From the NCBI GenBank assembly GCA_951406725.2, contig OX597820.1, positions 39,742,001-39,806,000 of the forward strand: a DNA stretch of 64,000 nucleotides, in the 5' to 3' direction. This document shows positions 12,791 to 25,861 of the stretch, in pieces. This DNA comes from Octopus vulgaris. Lineage: Eukaryota. The first letter of the stretch is position 1; each line of letters begins with the position of its first letter. The notes below the pieces were generated by a model that saw nothing but the letters and a program-made list of their open reading frames with translations, was not told the origin of the DNA and did not search any database. Both the position numbers and the translations under genes were made by a program.

Positions 12791-12856
<66 letters not shown>

Positions 12857-12873
12857 TGCATATATATATATAA

Positions 12874-12909
<36 letters not shown>

Positions 12910-13074
12910 TTATATATATATAAACCCCACTAGAATGGGAGAAAGCGCTAATAATCTGAATGATATGATATATATATGTAAAAAATGTAATATATAAATA
13001 AATATCTATAAATATGAACCATCCGATCTTCTGATTACCTCATTTCTTCTAATATATAATACCTTTACATCATC

Positions 13075-13478
<404 letters not shown>

Positions 13479-13512
13479 AAAGTATAAAAGAAAGTATATA
13501 TATACATATATA

Positions 13513-13836
13513 AAGACCCCCTTCGGTCATGAATGACCATGGGATTGCACCTAGAAAGTTACCCTCCTAGACACAAGTCCGGGTAAGGTTGTTTATGGAA
13601 GGCCAGCAGTCGCCCATGCATACCAGCCTCCTCTCTCCACGCCACCAGTGTTATCCAAGGGAAAGACAAAGGTCGATACAGCTTGGCACCTGTGACGTTG
13701 CAACTCATTTCTACAGCTGAGTGAACTGGAGCAACGTGAAATAAAGTGCCTTGCTCGAGAACACAACACGCAGCCCGGTCCGGGATTCGAGCTCACAACC
13801 TCACGATCGTAAGCTCGACGCTCTAACCACTGAGCC

Positions 13837-13838
<2 letters not shown>
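13513..13838 (-). mobile_element. tRNA-derived SINE with CORE-like segment
   Basis: TGGCTCAGTGGTTAGAGCG...GAGCTCGAATCCC head, then TGTGTTCTCGAGCAAGGCACTTT; flanked by TA repeats. Confidence 0.8.
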
Positions 13839-13869
<31 letters not shown>

Positions 13870-14182
13870 TGAAAAAATATATATATATATATATAAATAT
13901 ATCCACACATATATACATACACACAGGCAAACAGACATACATATACATACACATATATAAACATACACACACATGCACACATATATAGTGAGGATGATGC
14001 TACACCGTACACATGTTCGGGCAAAATTCATTTGATGGAAGGAGAGTGATGTAATATATGGCACATGCATTTAAACTATAAACATATCATTTGTGCAGGT
14101 CATTCGACAAAAGCTTAACACTCATACATCGCTTTCGAGTTCATCGTATATACATACATACATAGATGCATGCATACAGACT

Positions 14183-14229
<47 letters not shown>

Positions 14230-14330
14230 TAAATGGAGACAAGAAGTAGAACGAACCGACAAATCGAAACGAACCTGACGCGAGGCGCTGTCAGACAATA
14301 ATGTGATAAATAAAAATATATGCATACATA

Positions 14331-16871
14331 CTTGAACAGAGACAGACAGAGTCCTTGTTGGCTCTCACACGCAAGTTTTTCATGGAACAAGCAGTGCTTC
14401 GGCCAACAAGAGGTGAGAATGTCTTGGACCTCTGTTTCACAAGCAACCCGATGCTCATCCACAACATAATGGTAACACCAACAATTCTCTCAGATCACAA
14501 CTTAGTAGAGGTAATGATATATGGTATGAGAGAGTTAGTTGAGACGCAGCCATTAGAAAATACCACAGGTCTATCCAGTCTAAACTTCCATAAGGCAAAC
14601 TGGAAGAAGATAAACGAAGAGATCCGAAAACATGACTGGAGTGACTTCATCACCACACAAGACACCAACACACATTTCCAACATTTCATGACAACAATAC
14701 AGAACATATGCCATAAGTTTGTCCAGGAGAAAAAAGCCAGCGGGCATAGGAACGTTATTCCCAGAGACAGGAAAATACTTATGAGGCGAAGAGCTAAGTT
14801 CTCGAAGCAACTGAATGCACGGCAGAGAAACAATGAGGGACTCCACCTGAAACTTTTGGAAACGGAAACTGCACTCAAACTTTCCTATGAGAAGGAGAGG
14901 GCAGAGAGAGAAGCCAGGGCCATAGAGAATATTAAAACAAACCCTAAAGCCTTCTTTAAATTTGCGAAAGAAACCACCTCGGTACACTGCAAGATTGGCC
15001 CACTCTTTGATAAAAAGGGCTCTCTAACTGAGGACCCCCAAGGGATAAGTGAAATACTAAAGGAACAGTATAAAAGTGTGTTCACATCCCCTCTGGGGCA
15101 CATGCAAATCACAAACCCAGAAGTTTTCTTTGATGCCACAACACTCCAAAACCAAACAACAACCATCGACCACATAGACATAACAGAGAGGGATGTAATA
15201 TCTGCCATAGAAGAAATGAGAATAAACTCAGCTGCTGGACCAGATGGATTCCCAGCAGTCCTCCTAAAAACATGCAGGCATGCCCTAGCGGGACCACTGA
15301 AGGAGCTCTTCAGTGGTTCCTTGGCTAACGGTAAACTGCCCAGGGCGCTAAAAGAAGGCACCATATGCCCTATCCACAAAGGAGGGAGTAGAGCAGAGGC
15401 CAAAAACTACAGGCCAGTCTCCCTGACGTCACACATAAGTAAGGTCATGGAACGAATCATCAGAAAAAAACTGATCACGTTCCTCGAAGAAACTAACCGT
15501 CTCACTGCCACACAGCATGGCTTTCGCCCAGGAAGAAGCTGCCGTACGCAGCTGTTACAACACTACGACTGGGTACTGAAACAACTACTGGATCGCTCAC
15601 AGGTGGATGTGGTATATCTCGACTTTGCGAAGGCCTTTGACAAAGTCGACCACGGAGTGATATGTCACAAATTACTCAGACTCGGCATAACAGGAAAAGT
15701 AGGTGAGTGGATACATGACTTCCTGAAGGACAGAAGCCAGATGGTTGCAGCCAATGGAGCCCTCTCGGGAAAGACACCAATAGCAAGCGGGGTGCCACAG
15801 GGCACAGTCTTGGGACCCTTGCTGTTTTTGGTGGCGCTCTCTGACATGCCCTTGGTAGCACAAACAACATCCCTCACTAGCTATGCTGATGACACAAAGG
15901 TAGCACAGGCAATCAAAAACCCAGCTGATGCTGACCTTTTACAACAAGATCTGGATGCCATATACAAATGGGCTGAAGACAACAACATGCAATTTAATGC
16001 TGGTAAATTTCAAGCCTTACAATATCAAGCTGTAAACACATATACATTACAACACAACTATACTGGTCCAGGAGGGATCGAAATCCCAGTATCGAAATCA
16101 ATACGGGACCTGGGGATAGACATGAGTGACGATGCATCTTTTTCTTCTCACATCGCGAAGGTGGCGACAATGTGCAGACGACTCACTGGCTGGATCCTGA
16201 GGACATTCCGGACAAGAGACTGCGAGACCATATTGACACTATGGAGGACATTTGTCCTAAGCCGCCTTGACTACTGCTCCCAACTGTATTCACCGCATAG
16301 TGTCAAACTAACCACAGAGCTTGAGACAATCCAAAGACATTTCACCAAGAGGATTTCCACCATGAAAGAAAAGAACTATTGGGAGAAGCTTAGGGAACTC
16401 AATTTGTACTCCTTGGAACGAAGACGAGAGAGATATGCAGTGATATACATATGGAAAATCCTGGAGGTACAAGCACAAAATTTTGGAATTGAGAGCTGTT
16501 CCAATCCCCGTACAGGACGTCACTGTGTGGTGCCAAAGGTTCCGTCTTCCACATCCAGGGTAAGGAGCAGATACTGTAATAGCCTGGGGTTCAGGGGCCC
16601 TCAGCTGTTCAACAAACTGCCAAGAAAACTGAGAGATCTACATGATGCGGATGTGGACATTTTCAAAAAAAACATCTAGACAAGCTGCTTTCCGGGATCC
16701 CAGATGAACCCACTGCAAGGTACGAAGGTAACCTAAGGGCAGCAGCTACAAACTCTCTCTTAGATCAGTGGCCAGCCACGGCAAACTAGACTTAGAGAGG
16801 GTAGCAACAAGGGCGGTGCCCCAGCATGGCCTCAGCCGGATGGCTGAAACAAGTAAAAGAGTAAAAGAGTA
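14331..16871 (+). mobile_element. Young 5'-truncated CR1/L2-group LINE
   Basis: Begins inside the endonuclease domain and has a long intact ORF. The 3' UTR has a stem-loop (cagcc-ggat-ggctg) and an 8-bp tandem tail (GTAAAAGA)2. It is inserted into the hammerhead-bearing element copy A. Confidence 0.9.
14355..16679 (+). CDS. LINE ORF2 (end of APE endonuclease plus reverse transcriptase), 774 aa; 5'-truncated, C-terminal frameshift
   Basis: PTRGENVLDLCF and SDHNLV (endonuclease); AGPDG, KNYRPVSLTS, QHGFRPGRSC, YLDFAKAFDKVDH, SGVPQGTVLGPLLF and YADDTK (RT). After an A-run near 16670 the frame shifts and continues LDKLLSGIPDEP...NSLLDQW to about 16790. Confidence 0.92.
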   Translation: MLALTRKFFMEQAVLRPTRGENVLDLCFTSNPMLIHNIMVTPTILSDHNLVEVMIYGMRELVETQPLENTTGLSSLNFHKANWKKINEEIRKHDWSDFITTQDTNTHFQHFMTTIQNICHKFVQEKKASGHRNVIPRDRKILMRRRAKFSKQLNARQRNNEGLHLKLLETETALKLSYEKERAEREARAIENIKTNPKAFFKFAKETTSVHCKIGPLFDKKGSLTEDPQGISEILKEQYKSVFTSPLGHMQITNPEVFFDATTLQNQTTTIDHIDITERDVISAIEEMRINSAAGPDGFPAVLLKTCRHALAGPLKELFSGSLANGKLPRALKEGTICPIHKGGSRAEAKNYRPVSLTSHISKVMERIIRKKLITFLEETNRLTATQHGFRPGRSCRTQLLQHYDWVLKQLLDRSQVDVVYLDFAKAFDKVDHGVICHKLLRLGITGKVGEWIHDFLKDRSQMVAANGALSGKTPIASGVPQGTVLGPLLFLVALSDMPLVAQTTSLTSYADDTKVAQAIKNPADADLLQQDLDAIYKWAEDNNMQFNAGKFQALQYQAVNTYTLQHNYTGPGGIEIPVSKSIRDLGIDMSDDASFSSHIAKVATMCRRLTGWILRTFRTRDCETILTLWRTFVLSRLDYCSQLYSPHSVKLTTELETIQRHFTKRISTMKEKNYWEKLRELNLYSLERRRERYAVIYIWKILEVQAQNFGIESCSNPRTGRHCVVPKVPSSTSRVRSRYCNSLGFRGPQLFNKLPRKLRDLHDADVDIFKKNI

Positions 16872-17300
16872 TACAAACATATATGTACGTACCTACATCT
16901 ACATGTATATATACATGCATATATAAATAAATATACGTAAGTACAGGACGCCACAACAAGACGTAGAAACGGGAAAAACAAAATTTTTTACAAGTACCGG
17001 ACAGGCTACACAAGGAAAAATCCAAATTTTTTACAACAAGAAAAACAAGTACAGGACATGCTACACAAGGAAAAATCCACCGTCATCAGCTGTCGCTAGT
17101 TAACTCAGGCGTGTTTCGAAGGCAAGACAGGACACTCGTTAACTAGGCCTTCCTGCGAGAGAATTAAAATAAAATTCCAAGCAGCGGGGTAAAACGGGTA
17201 AGAACACAAACAGGATGTAACAATAAAACTGCACAATAAAATACAAGATAAAAATACATGTACAAAAAAATACAAGACGAGAAATAAAAAGGGAATACAA
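16872..17300 (-). mobile_element. Non-coding hammerhead-bearing element, copy A (remainder at 14228-14333)
   Basis: Shares gtcctgtact...tagatgtaggta.gtacatatatgt with copies B and C. Its terminal gtatgtatgcatat.ttttatttat lies on the far side of the LINE at 14297-14333. Confidence 0.7.
17076..17146 (-). ncRNA. Predicted non-circularly permuted hammerhead ribozyme, copy A
   Basis: ctagttaac ga GTGT C CTGTC ttg ccttc GAA ACAC gcctga gttaactag c GACAG CTGATGA c ggtgg. GUC site; stems III and I and an extra 9-bp helix pair perfectly. Confidence 0.65.
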
Positions 17301-17316
17301 TATACACTCACACACA

Positions 17317-17355
<39 letters not shown>

Positions 17356-17371
17356 ACACATATATATATAT

Positions 17372-17481
17372 ACGACGGGCTTCATTCGGTTTCTGTCTAC
17401 CAAATCCACTCACAAGGCTTTGATCTACCCAAGGCTATAGCAGACACTTGCCCAAGGTGCCACGCACATATATATATGTTG

Positions 17482-17520
<39 letters not shown>

Positions 17521-17640
17521 CACAGGCTTTCACTCAGTTTGTGTCTGCGAAGTTCATTCACAAGGCATTATTCGACCAACATGCCACTATGTGGGACTGA
17601 GTCCAAGACCATGCGGTGGAAAGCAAGCTTCCTAACCACG
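17372..17640 (-). mobile_element. Two decayed SINE heads (family of 51139-51553)
   Basis: cgacgggcttc...tctaccaaatccactcacaaggctttg...cacttgcccaaggtgccacgc, plus a second copy with gtgggactga...accatgcggt. Confidence 0.7.
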
Positions 17641-18286
17641 CCAAAATACAATATTTCAAGTTACATTCATAACATTTTAACTAAAAATAACGATACAGAT
17701 CAATAGGTTATTGCTATCAAGTCATTGTTATAACCTAGAAAGAAAGAAGCAATAAAATACAGCAGTTAATTTTTTTGAATGGTAGCATGAAAATCATACT
17801 TAATTAAAATTAAACTTGCACTGAGGAGAAATATCATTACTTTGGTTATCTATTCTGGTAAAAAAACAAAAACAAAAAAAAGTTAGGCGAGACAAATCTC
17901 AACTTTTAATTAATTGGAATTTGATTTGAAAATTCTATTTAAAAGTAATATTTCTTTATTTGTTATACAATCAGCATTTGAATTAAGAATCCATTTTCGG
18001 TTCCCAGTCAGGATTGGTTAGATTAGAGCAAATTTCTTTTGCTAATAACGCTAATGTTTGACGTCATAGAAAATCATGATGATAAGGTAACGAATAAGTA
18101 CCGAGAACAGAGGTGGTTAGACACTTTCTCCTCCAGCCAATGTAACTTCGCAATAGTTATGTCTTACATGTAATTGGGTGACACTTCTCGGAATAGTGAA
18201 AACAATTGTTTCGTTAATTTTACATTCATAACTATTATTGTTATTGCTGATGTGTGATCACCAACACAGTTCAGTTTCTGCCGATA

Positions 18287-19179
18287 TACGAGGGGGTACT
18301 CGCAAGGAACCGGAATTTTGCAATATCATTTTGTCCACTTAGTTTTATTGGTTTACACTTTTATCGCATTCAAAATATTCTCCGTCTGAAGTAATGCATC
18401 GGTCCATACGCGTTTTCCACTGTTCGAAGCAGTGTTGGACCCCTTGCAAAGTGATACCTTTTAACACGTCCGTCCTTTTTTCTTCACCTCTTCCACATCC
18501 GCAAATTCCATTGCACCGGCTTTCGTTACCAGTGATGACCTTCGAAAAAAGGTCCGGATCAACTTCCAACTGTTCTTTCAGTTGATGACACGCATGCACT
18601 CGTGACTGCTTTCGATCTTCCGTGAGCAAGTGAGGCACAAATTTTGATGCAATTCTTTTCATTTGCAATTCCTCGCTGAAAATTCGTTAGCAGGAGCTCC
18701 AGGTCACACAAGTCATATCAACAAGTTCGTCAATTGTTTGGCGACGGTCATCCAAGATCAGTTCATGAAGTTTCTTGATGTTTTCATTCGTTCGACAGGT
18801 CGACGGTCGCCTCGAACGAAGTTTGTCTTCAAACGACGTGGCCATTCCTAAAGCGTGAAAACTTGTGTTTTGCACCTGGCAGTGTCCATGTAAGCTATTA
18901 GAAGCATGGCAACTGTTTCGGCTGCCGTTTTCCCCAGCAGATAACAGAATTTCACGGAAGCACACTGTTCCTCAGTTTCAGCCACTGCAAAATTCGACGA
19001 ACAGGAGAGAAGCACTGTAAAACAAAGACCCATCACGTTACAGAACGACACGAATCGACAACGCCGGTCGGCAGACTGATACATTAGGCTTTCATCAAGT
19101 TCCTTCTAGCGGCGGAAGATTGACAAACAACGGGCTTGTTCCACAGATAACGTTTCCGGTTACTTTTGGGTACCTCGTA
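18287..19179 (-). mobile_element. Internally deleted mariner element with both TIRs
   Basis: TIRs TACGAGGGGGTACTCGCAAGGAACCGGAA and TTCCGGTTACTTTTGGGTACCTCGTA. Transposase pieces EQCASVKFCYLLGKTAAET, RSRRPST, SKFVPHLLTEDRKQSR, ITGNES and WKTRMDRCITSDGEYFE. Confidence 0.9.
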
Positions 19180-19685
19180 TAAATGATCAAATACATTTCA
19201 ATTATAACCAACCCTATTTTAGATATATTTAAAACATGATACAATGCGCCCTTCAGTATAATTTGACTGAAAACTATTAGGTTGTTATTTTCTAACAAAT
19301 AGAATGACTGCCTAGGATTTTCCTAGTTGATTCGTGTATATTTTCAGGAAAGCATGGGTTGTGAAACCTTTACCTTGTGCTTCACTGTAAATCATTAAAA
19401 AGTGAGGGCTAGAACTATAGAAGATCCCAAATATTACATGTGAGGAAGAGCCAATCATCTCAACGATGCTTGCCCTATAAGACGAAAGAGCTCAAAACCT
19501 ATATTTTCTCCACTTACTAATAGCAGTGAAGTCCTCAACGTAATGAAATATAAACACTATTAAAGAAATAATTTGCACAGGTTTGAATTTGAACGCGCGC
19601 GCACACACATACGCACAAGTGTGTGTACATATCTTTCAATCTCCCTCTCTTTTTCGCTATCTTTCTGTTTGTCTATGTATGTATG

Positions 19686-19738
<53 letters not shown>

Positions 19739-19739
<1 letters not shown>

Positions 19740-20258
19740 ATCACTTGAAAAGGAAAGTGAGAGTAGAGAGGCAAGTTTTGACTAGCGAATGTTTTAAAAA
19801 AAGATGGGTGAATGTAGCAAGGATGGCACGTATGAATGACAAAGCCACCTTGAGCATAATCCTATGAACACAGAAATTGAAAACAGAGGGTTACCCACCT
19901 GCAAACAAATGTGGTAACATGTAACAATATTGACCGAGGTTACCGTGGTCTTTTCCGTAGGCTTTTCCTTCCACGGATAAACCTTATGTGCTTCCCTCTT
20001 TACACCGTACATCATGACACTGTGATACACGATCCCTATTGCACGTTTTTTCTTTTTCCCCTTTTTCCTTTCTTTTTTCTCATTTTTTTCTTTTTTCTCT
20101 TCTTTTGTTTCTTTTCCTTTTTTCTTTTTTTCTTTTTTCCCTTTTACGATCCCTTTTGATCGAAAACCTACCCCACTTTTTTTTCATCCCCAAAAAGAAA
20201 AGCTCTACCTTGTAATTTGTCCCATCTGTGTGCAGCCCTGTGTGGCCAATAAAGAAAC
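19739..20258 (+). mobile_element. L1/Tx1-group LINE 3' end inside (TATC)n
   Basis: HLKRKVRVERQVLTSECFKKRWVNVARMARMNDKATLSIIL*, homologous to 9031-9718. Ends GTGGCCAATAAAGAAA, with (TATC)n on both sides. Confidence 0.75.
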
Positions 20259-20259
20259 T

Positions 20260-20269
20260 TATCTGTCTG

Positions 20270-20350
<81 letters not shown>

Positions 20351-20396
20351 TTGTCTATCCATCCATCCATCCATCTATCTATCTATCTATCTATCC

Positions 20397-20466
<70 letters not shown>

Positions 20467-20470
20467 TTAT
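20260..20470. repeat. (TATC)n/(CATC)n microsatellite
   Basis: Read directly. Confidence 0.95.
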
Positions 20471-21771
20471 TTATATACATCATATACACACAAGTACATA
20501 TGGATGTGCTCTAGTGATTTTACGTGTAATATCCCTTTAAAAAAGTAAAGCCACGATTTAAAGCGAGGTACTCAATAAAGAAATGTTAGATATATGTCTA
20601 TATTGCAGACATATTGCCCTATTGATGATGGTACATAGAAAATTAGCCACATTTCTTTCGATTTTCGATATCATCAATGTTACTATGGCCTCCTTCTCGT
20701 CGTCGTCGTCATCATCGTCATCATATACCTTTACACTCATATTTATGTGCGTGTCCTTACGTATGTAGACACGCATACACACATGCGCAAACACATTTTT
20801 CTCCAGGGTTGATTGCCTATGTTTCAGTTACATTCGTGAATCGTCTTTCTGTGTATATTTATGTTTGCGCATGTGAGTATGTGTGTTGGTGTGTGTGTGT
20901 GTAAGAGAAAAAGAGAGAGAGAAATATAGGGAGCAAGAGAGAGAAAGAATGAGAGATGGGGAGTGAGAGGGGGAGTAAGAGAGAGAGGGAGAGAGATATG
21001 GAGAGTGAGAGAGAGAGAGTGAGAGAGATAGGGGAGTGAGAGAGTGAGTGAGAGATAGAGAGAGAGAGAGAGAGAGAGGGAGGGAGGGAGAGTTTTAAGA
21101 TATACGCAAGTTCTCGAATAAATAGAAGTAGGTAACATTGGTGACTTTACGAATAGTATTAACAGTTAAAGTGAAACAAATTTGTTACAAATGTGAATCG
21201 AAAGCCCCAAACAAACTCCTTGTTTCACACGTTCAACGCTTTCTGTATGGCAATACCATTACGTTATATACAAGAATCCTTATTTAGTCGAATGACCTTC
21301 TAGAAATAACAGTCAAATTTCCCCCACATTATACCTCTTTATACGTCTTTATACGTCTTTAAAAACGTAGCACATAATGTGTTCTTTGACACAATGTTAG
21401 AAATTGTGAAGATGTACATGACACCTTTAGTATCTGCTTTGACTGGGGTGACATGGGGTTAAAAAATTTTGGCTTGGATGTTTTTGTTGTTGCTATATCG
21501 ATTTTAAATGTTGCCAGAGCGCCAATATGTCTTGTCTCTGAAAGAACGTTGATCAAAACATCTAATATACATATAATTCTGTTCACCTACCGTTATAACC
21601 AGCACGAAAGATCCTTAACGTGGTCCCTAAAAAGTTTAGAAACAATAGCCAAAGGTTCTTCAAATCATATTTTATTGCAGAACAGCATATTTGTCCAAGT
21701 AATGATAAAGTGATAAAAGAAGGATTATTTACTGGTGAAAAGCATTTCATAGTAGGTCAAATCAATCGGGA

Positions 21772-21772
<1 letters not shown>

Positions 21773-21853
<81 letters not shown>
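21773..21853. repeat. (ACT)n microsatellite
   Basis: Read directly. Confidence 0.95.
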
Positions 21854-23114
21854 GTTTACATGTTTAAGTCCTCTTGTTAGGTCTTGGAGGTGTTACTATA
21901 GAACCTACCACCAGGGAAAATGTTTACCAATCGTTTCGGCCAAAGTTTGCCCTCCGGACCGGGTCCAGAACTTGGACATGTATGAAGTTGTATATGTGTG
22001 CGTATGAGCGTGTTTATGTGGGGGTTGGGGTAGGTAGGTCTTTGGTTGTGTGCGTGCGTGTGTATGCGCACCGACCAAGTTTCAGGGGAACACCATCAAG
22101 TACAGATATTTACCAATCATCCCAGTTGTAATATTGTAATGTTGTCAGCCCAGCTTAAAATTTATTACAACTTCCAGTAGTATATTCGAAGGGGCCACAG
22201 GGGCCATTTTCTGTTACATTGCCATTTTTAACGAGTATGTGTACGCGTGGGTGAGTCATAGATTCTAGTGCGTATTTGTATGACTGTGTCGCATTGACAG
22301 CGATAGGAGTCGATATTGATGTGATTTCAACGTACTCCAAACCATTTTCTCATTTCTCTTGCCGTGTAAGTCCCACATACTAACCTAGTGGATGTTGATC
22401 AGATTGGCACGCTATCAAATTGATTGCGCCACTTGACCTGCACATTACTCTAACGACTACAGTTAGCACAAATACAATTTTTTTTTACTACAAGATATTA
22501 AATCAGAATGACGAGAGCTAGAACAAGTACACCAAGGCATTTTCTGCTGTTCTAACATTTCTGAAAATCCACCGTTCTTGATGGCAATCATTCAAAATTG
22601 GCAAATATATCTTTGATTCACGCAACTAAGTTCAAATACTTCTCTAGTTTTAGACAAGCCACTATACATACCACAAATGCTACGCTTTTTTGCTGGCATT
22701 CGCGAGTAATCTCTCTCTGACCATTCAGAAAGGGATTACTTCTTGGTGATACTGTTGACACCAGAATTTTTCCGGCCAAATATCTTGTAATGAATTCTTA
22801 TTACTTTTTCAATGTTTCTTTAATGTGTTGATCAAAACACCGCGTCTAGAACAAAGGGGATGATTTGTAGACTACATGGTGCCAAAGTTGTCTGGGTCAT
22901 ACAATCTAAAGCGCATAGACAAGAAATACAATGCAGCACTGGTTAAGTTATACGAACTGCCGGTCTTGCAACGAGTTAGCCCGCCAGTATATCGATTCGG
23001 TTATATCTGATCATTATTGAAATATGTTTAAAGAGAAAATTCAAAGAGACAACGAATCAGATTAAAATACAGATACACAGACAGCCAGACAGAAAGTACA
23101 TCAGACATAATAAT

Positions 23115-23172
23115 ATTCACGCACAAACACGCACACGCGCACACACATATATAGAAGTATGTGTTCTTGTGG

Positions 23173-23207
<35 letters not shown>

Positions 23208-23461
23208 TATATATATATATATAGATAGATATATATATATATGGATAGATATACATACATATGTACATACACAAAAGCATATGTGGATATGTATATGTAA
23301 ACGTAAATATATATATACTCATATATATATATATATATATGTGCGTGTGTGTTTGTGTGTGTGTGTGCATAGGCATATGCATATATACACACACAAGCAC
23401 ATATGTATGTTTATGTTTATGTATATACATATGCATATATGTATACACACACACACACACT

Positions 23462-23505
<44 letters not shown>

Positions 23506-23987
23506 CATATATATACATGTATGTATGTATGTATCTACACTCATACATACTTACCCACATTTTAACATATACATGAATAATCACTTGAAAAGGGTAAATG
23601 AATATTTCACTGCCGTTACTATTGAAAGCCAACGACAGTAGTAACAGCTTAGATTTATGTTTAACAGGTTAATTTTGGTAAACTCTATAAACTCCATGAC
23701 AAAAGATTCAAGCGTGATGGCAATCGATCAATAAACTCTGATGAGAGCGGTTTCAATGTCAGTTATTATCACTTGGAACACACACACACACACATACACC
23801 TTCACATATACATACAGACACTCACGCATATATACATAACTATAGATATATACTTATATGTACATATGTATATATTTCGCGTGTGTATTTGTATACATAC
23901 GTGTATATATGTTAGTGTGTCCATTTCTATTTCTCTTTCATTGTACATACGCATACGCATAGACACACGCACACACACATGTATATA

Positions 23988-24025
<38 letters not shown>

Positions 24026-24108
24026 TGTATGGGCACGTGCGTGTGTGCTTTTATGTGTTTGTGTGTGGGTGAAGTGAGGGAAAATATGTATACATATGTA
24101 CATGTGTA

Positions 24109-24165
<57 letters not shown>
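23115..24165. repeat. Compound (TA)/(CA)/(TG) microsatellite zone
   Basis: Read directly. Confidence 0.85.
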
Positions 24166-24204
24166 GTATCTAAATTAACTATTGCCTAACCATCTTCTCA
24201 CACC

Positions 24205-24253
24205 GTCTCAGATGAAGGGATATAATAAATATTCTTAGAAACAGCTGTAAGAC
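24205..24253 (+). ncRNA. Minimal type I hammerhead (Penelope-like), one core mutation
   Basis: gtct CAGATGA a gggatat-aataa-atattct ta GAA ACAGCTGT A agac. Palindromic stem III and GUA site, within a ~160-bp insert flanked by (TA)n. Confidence 0.6.
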
Positions 24254-24328
24254 CTATTTGTAAATGTTCTAAAATTTACACACCCTTGGTTTTTTTTTAT
24301 CTCATTACAAAAAAAGGAAAAATTATAT

Positions 24329-24413
<85 letters not shown>

Positions 24414-24455
24414 CAAAATAAGCAACACTTAAAATCGATATATCAAGAAGTTATT

Positions 24456-24537
24456 CAGTACGACCGTTTCAAGCGGTTCCACTTAACTGAACAATGCAAT
24501 CATTACATCAATTTAAATACACGGATATCATCAGCTG
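24456..24537 (-). ncRNA. Minimal type I hammerhead with long stem II region (Penelope-like)
   Basis: cag CTGATGA ...~57 nt... GAA ACGGTCGT A ctg. Near-palindromic stem III; the element end abuts (TA)n at 24410. Confidence 0.5.
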
Positions 24538-25034
24538 CACGAATAGATAGAATTCTAATCAGTCGGACACATTAATATAATTTTACTCAAATACTTTAAC
24601 AGTGCAAAAAGATGGAAGAAATCCATGTTGTCGCTATTGTAGCTAAGAATATACTATACTTTCAAGAAAAACATGAAGCTTACTGGGATCATAGCTTGAT
24701 CATTTCTAATTTATTTGTCTTTTATTAACTACTAAATTTAAGATTAGAGGACTGTGTCCGTTTGGAAATAAGGGCAAGACTGAGTTGATAGTTCATAGGT
24801 AGGTCTAGTCATAAATATTGTCAAGATATTAGGCGTAGTAAATTGGGTATAAAGTAACTGTCTATAAAGGAGGGTGAGTAGGGGAAGACCCTAAATCCTG
24901 TTGTTCATTACCAGTTACATCCTTATATATATATACATACATTAATACATCTATAGATGCATGCATGTATCGATACCGCCATGCTTTTATACAAACATAC
25001 ATACATACATACATACACACATATATATATATGC

Positions 25035-25861
25035 ATGTATATATACATATAGATGTAGGTATGTACATATATGTATGTAGGTATGCATATGTTTTATTTA
25101 TTAAATTGTTATTATATGATTGAACGCTCGCGTTGTTTTCTTCTTCCAAGTAAGTTTTATTTCAATAATTATGACGCGCACTCTTAACCTTTCCTCTCTG
25201 CCTGTCTGTCTTCCTCTCTACCTGACTCTCTCCTTCTTATTTTTCACCCTTTCTGGTTTCTTCTCCTCTCTCTCTCACTCCTCCTCCTCTCTTTCTCTCA
25301 CTCCTCCTCCTCTCTCTCGTCTCTGACCGGACGGCTACTAACATTCTTTCTGCCCACAGCTTTCAACTTGTCAGCATCGGCTTTTTTCTGTCTCCACCGT
25401 CTAGGCTTAAAAAACCCCTTATTGTTGGTTTCCTTGTCCTGTCTTTTACTGTTTTTATCTTTATTTGTACTGTTTTTTTTCTTTATTTGTATTGTTTTAC
25501 ATCCTGTTCTTGTCACTTTTTGTTACCCCTCCGCAAAAATTTTTTTATTTAATTCATTTTGCGGGAAGGATTGTTCCGGCTGGGTCGTGTTCTGCCCTTA
25601 TCTTCGAAACACGCATTGAGTCGAAACAGGGGCAGCTGAAGAAGGGGAATGTTCCTTGTATTGTTTGTCTTGTACTCTGTTTTTTCTTTGTTAAAAAAGT
25701 CCGTTTCCTTGTTTGATTTTATCTTTCGTTTCTCGTTGTGTTCTACATTTATTTGTGGTGTCCTGTACTCATATATGCATATATATATATATATACACAT
25801 ATAGATGTAGGTATGTACATATATGTATGTATGTATGCATATGTTTTATTTATTAAATTGT

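Noticed and set aside
22155-22340. Short ORF as a host exon
   Set aside because: No recognisable homology or convincing splice context; stops flank it.
23735-23760. Isolated CTGATGA (also CTGAAGA at ~26259)
   Set aside because: No GAAA, UH or pairing partners found in either canonical or permuted order.
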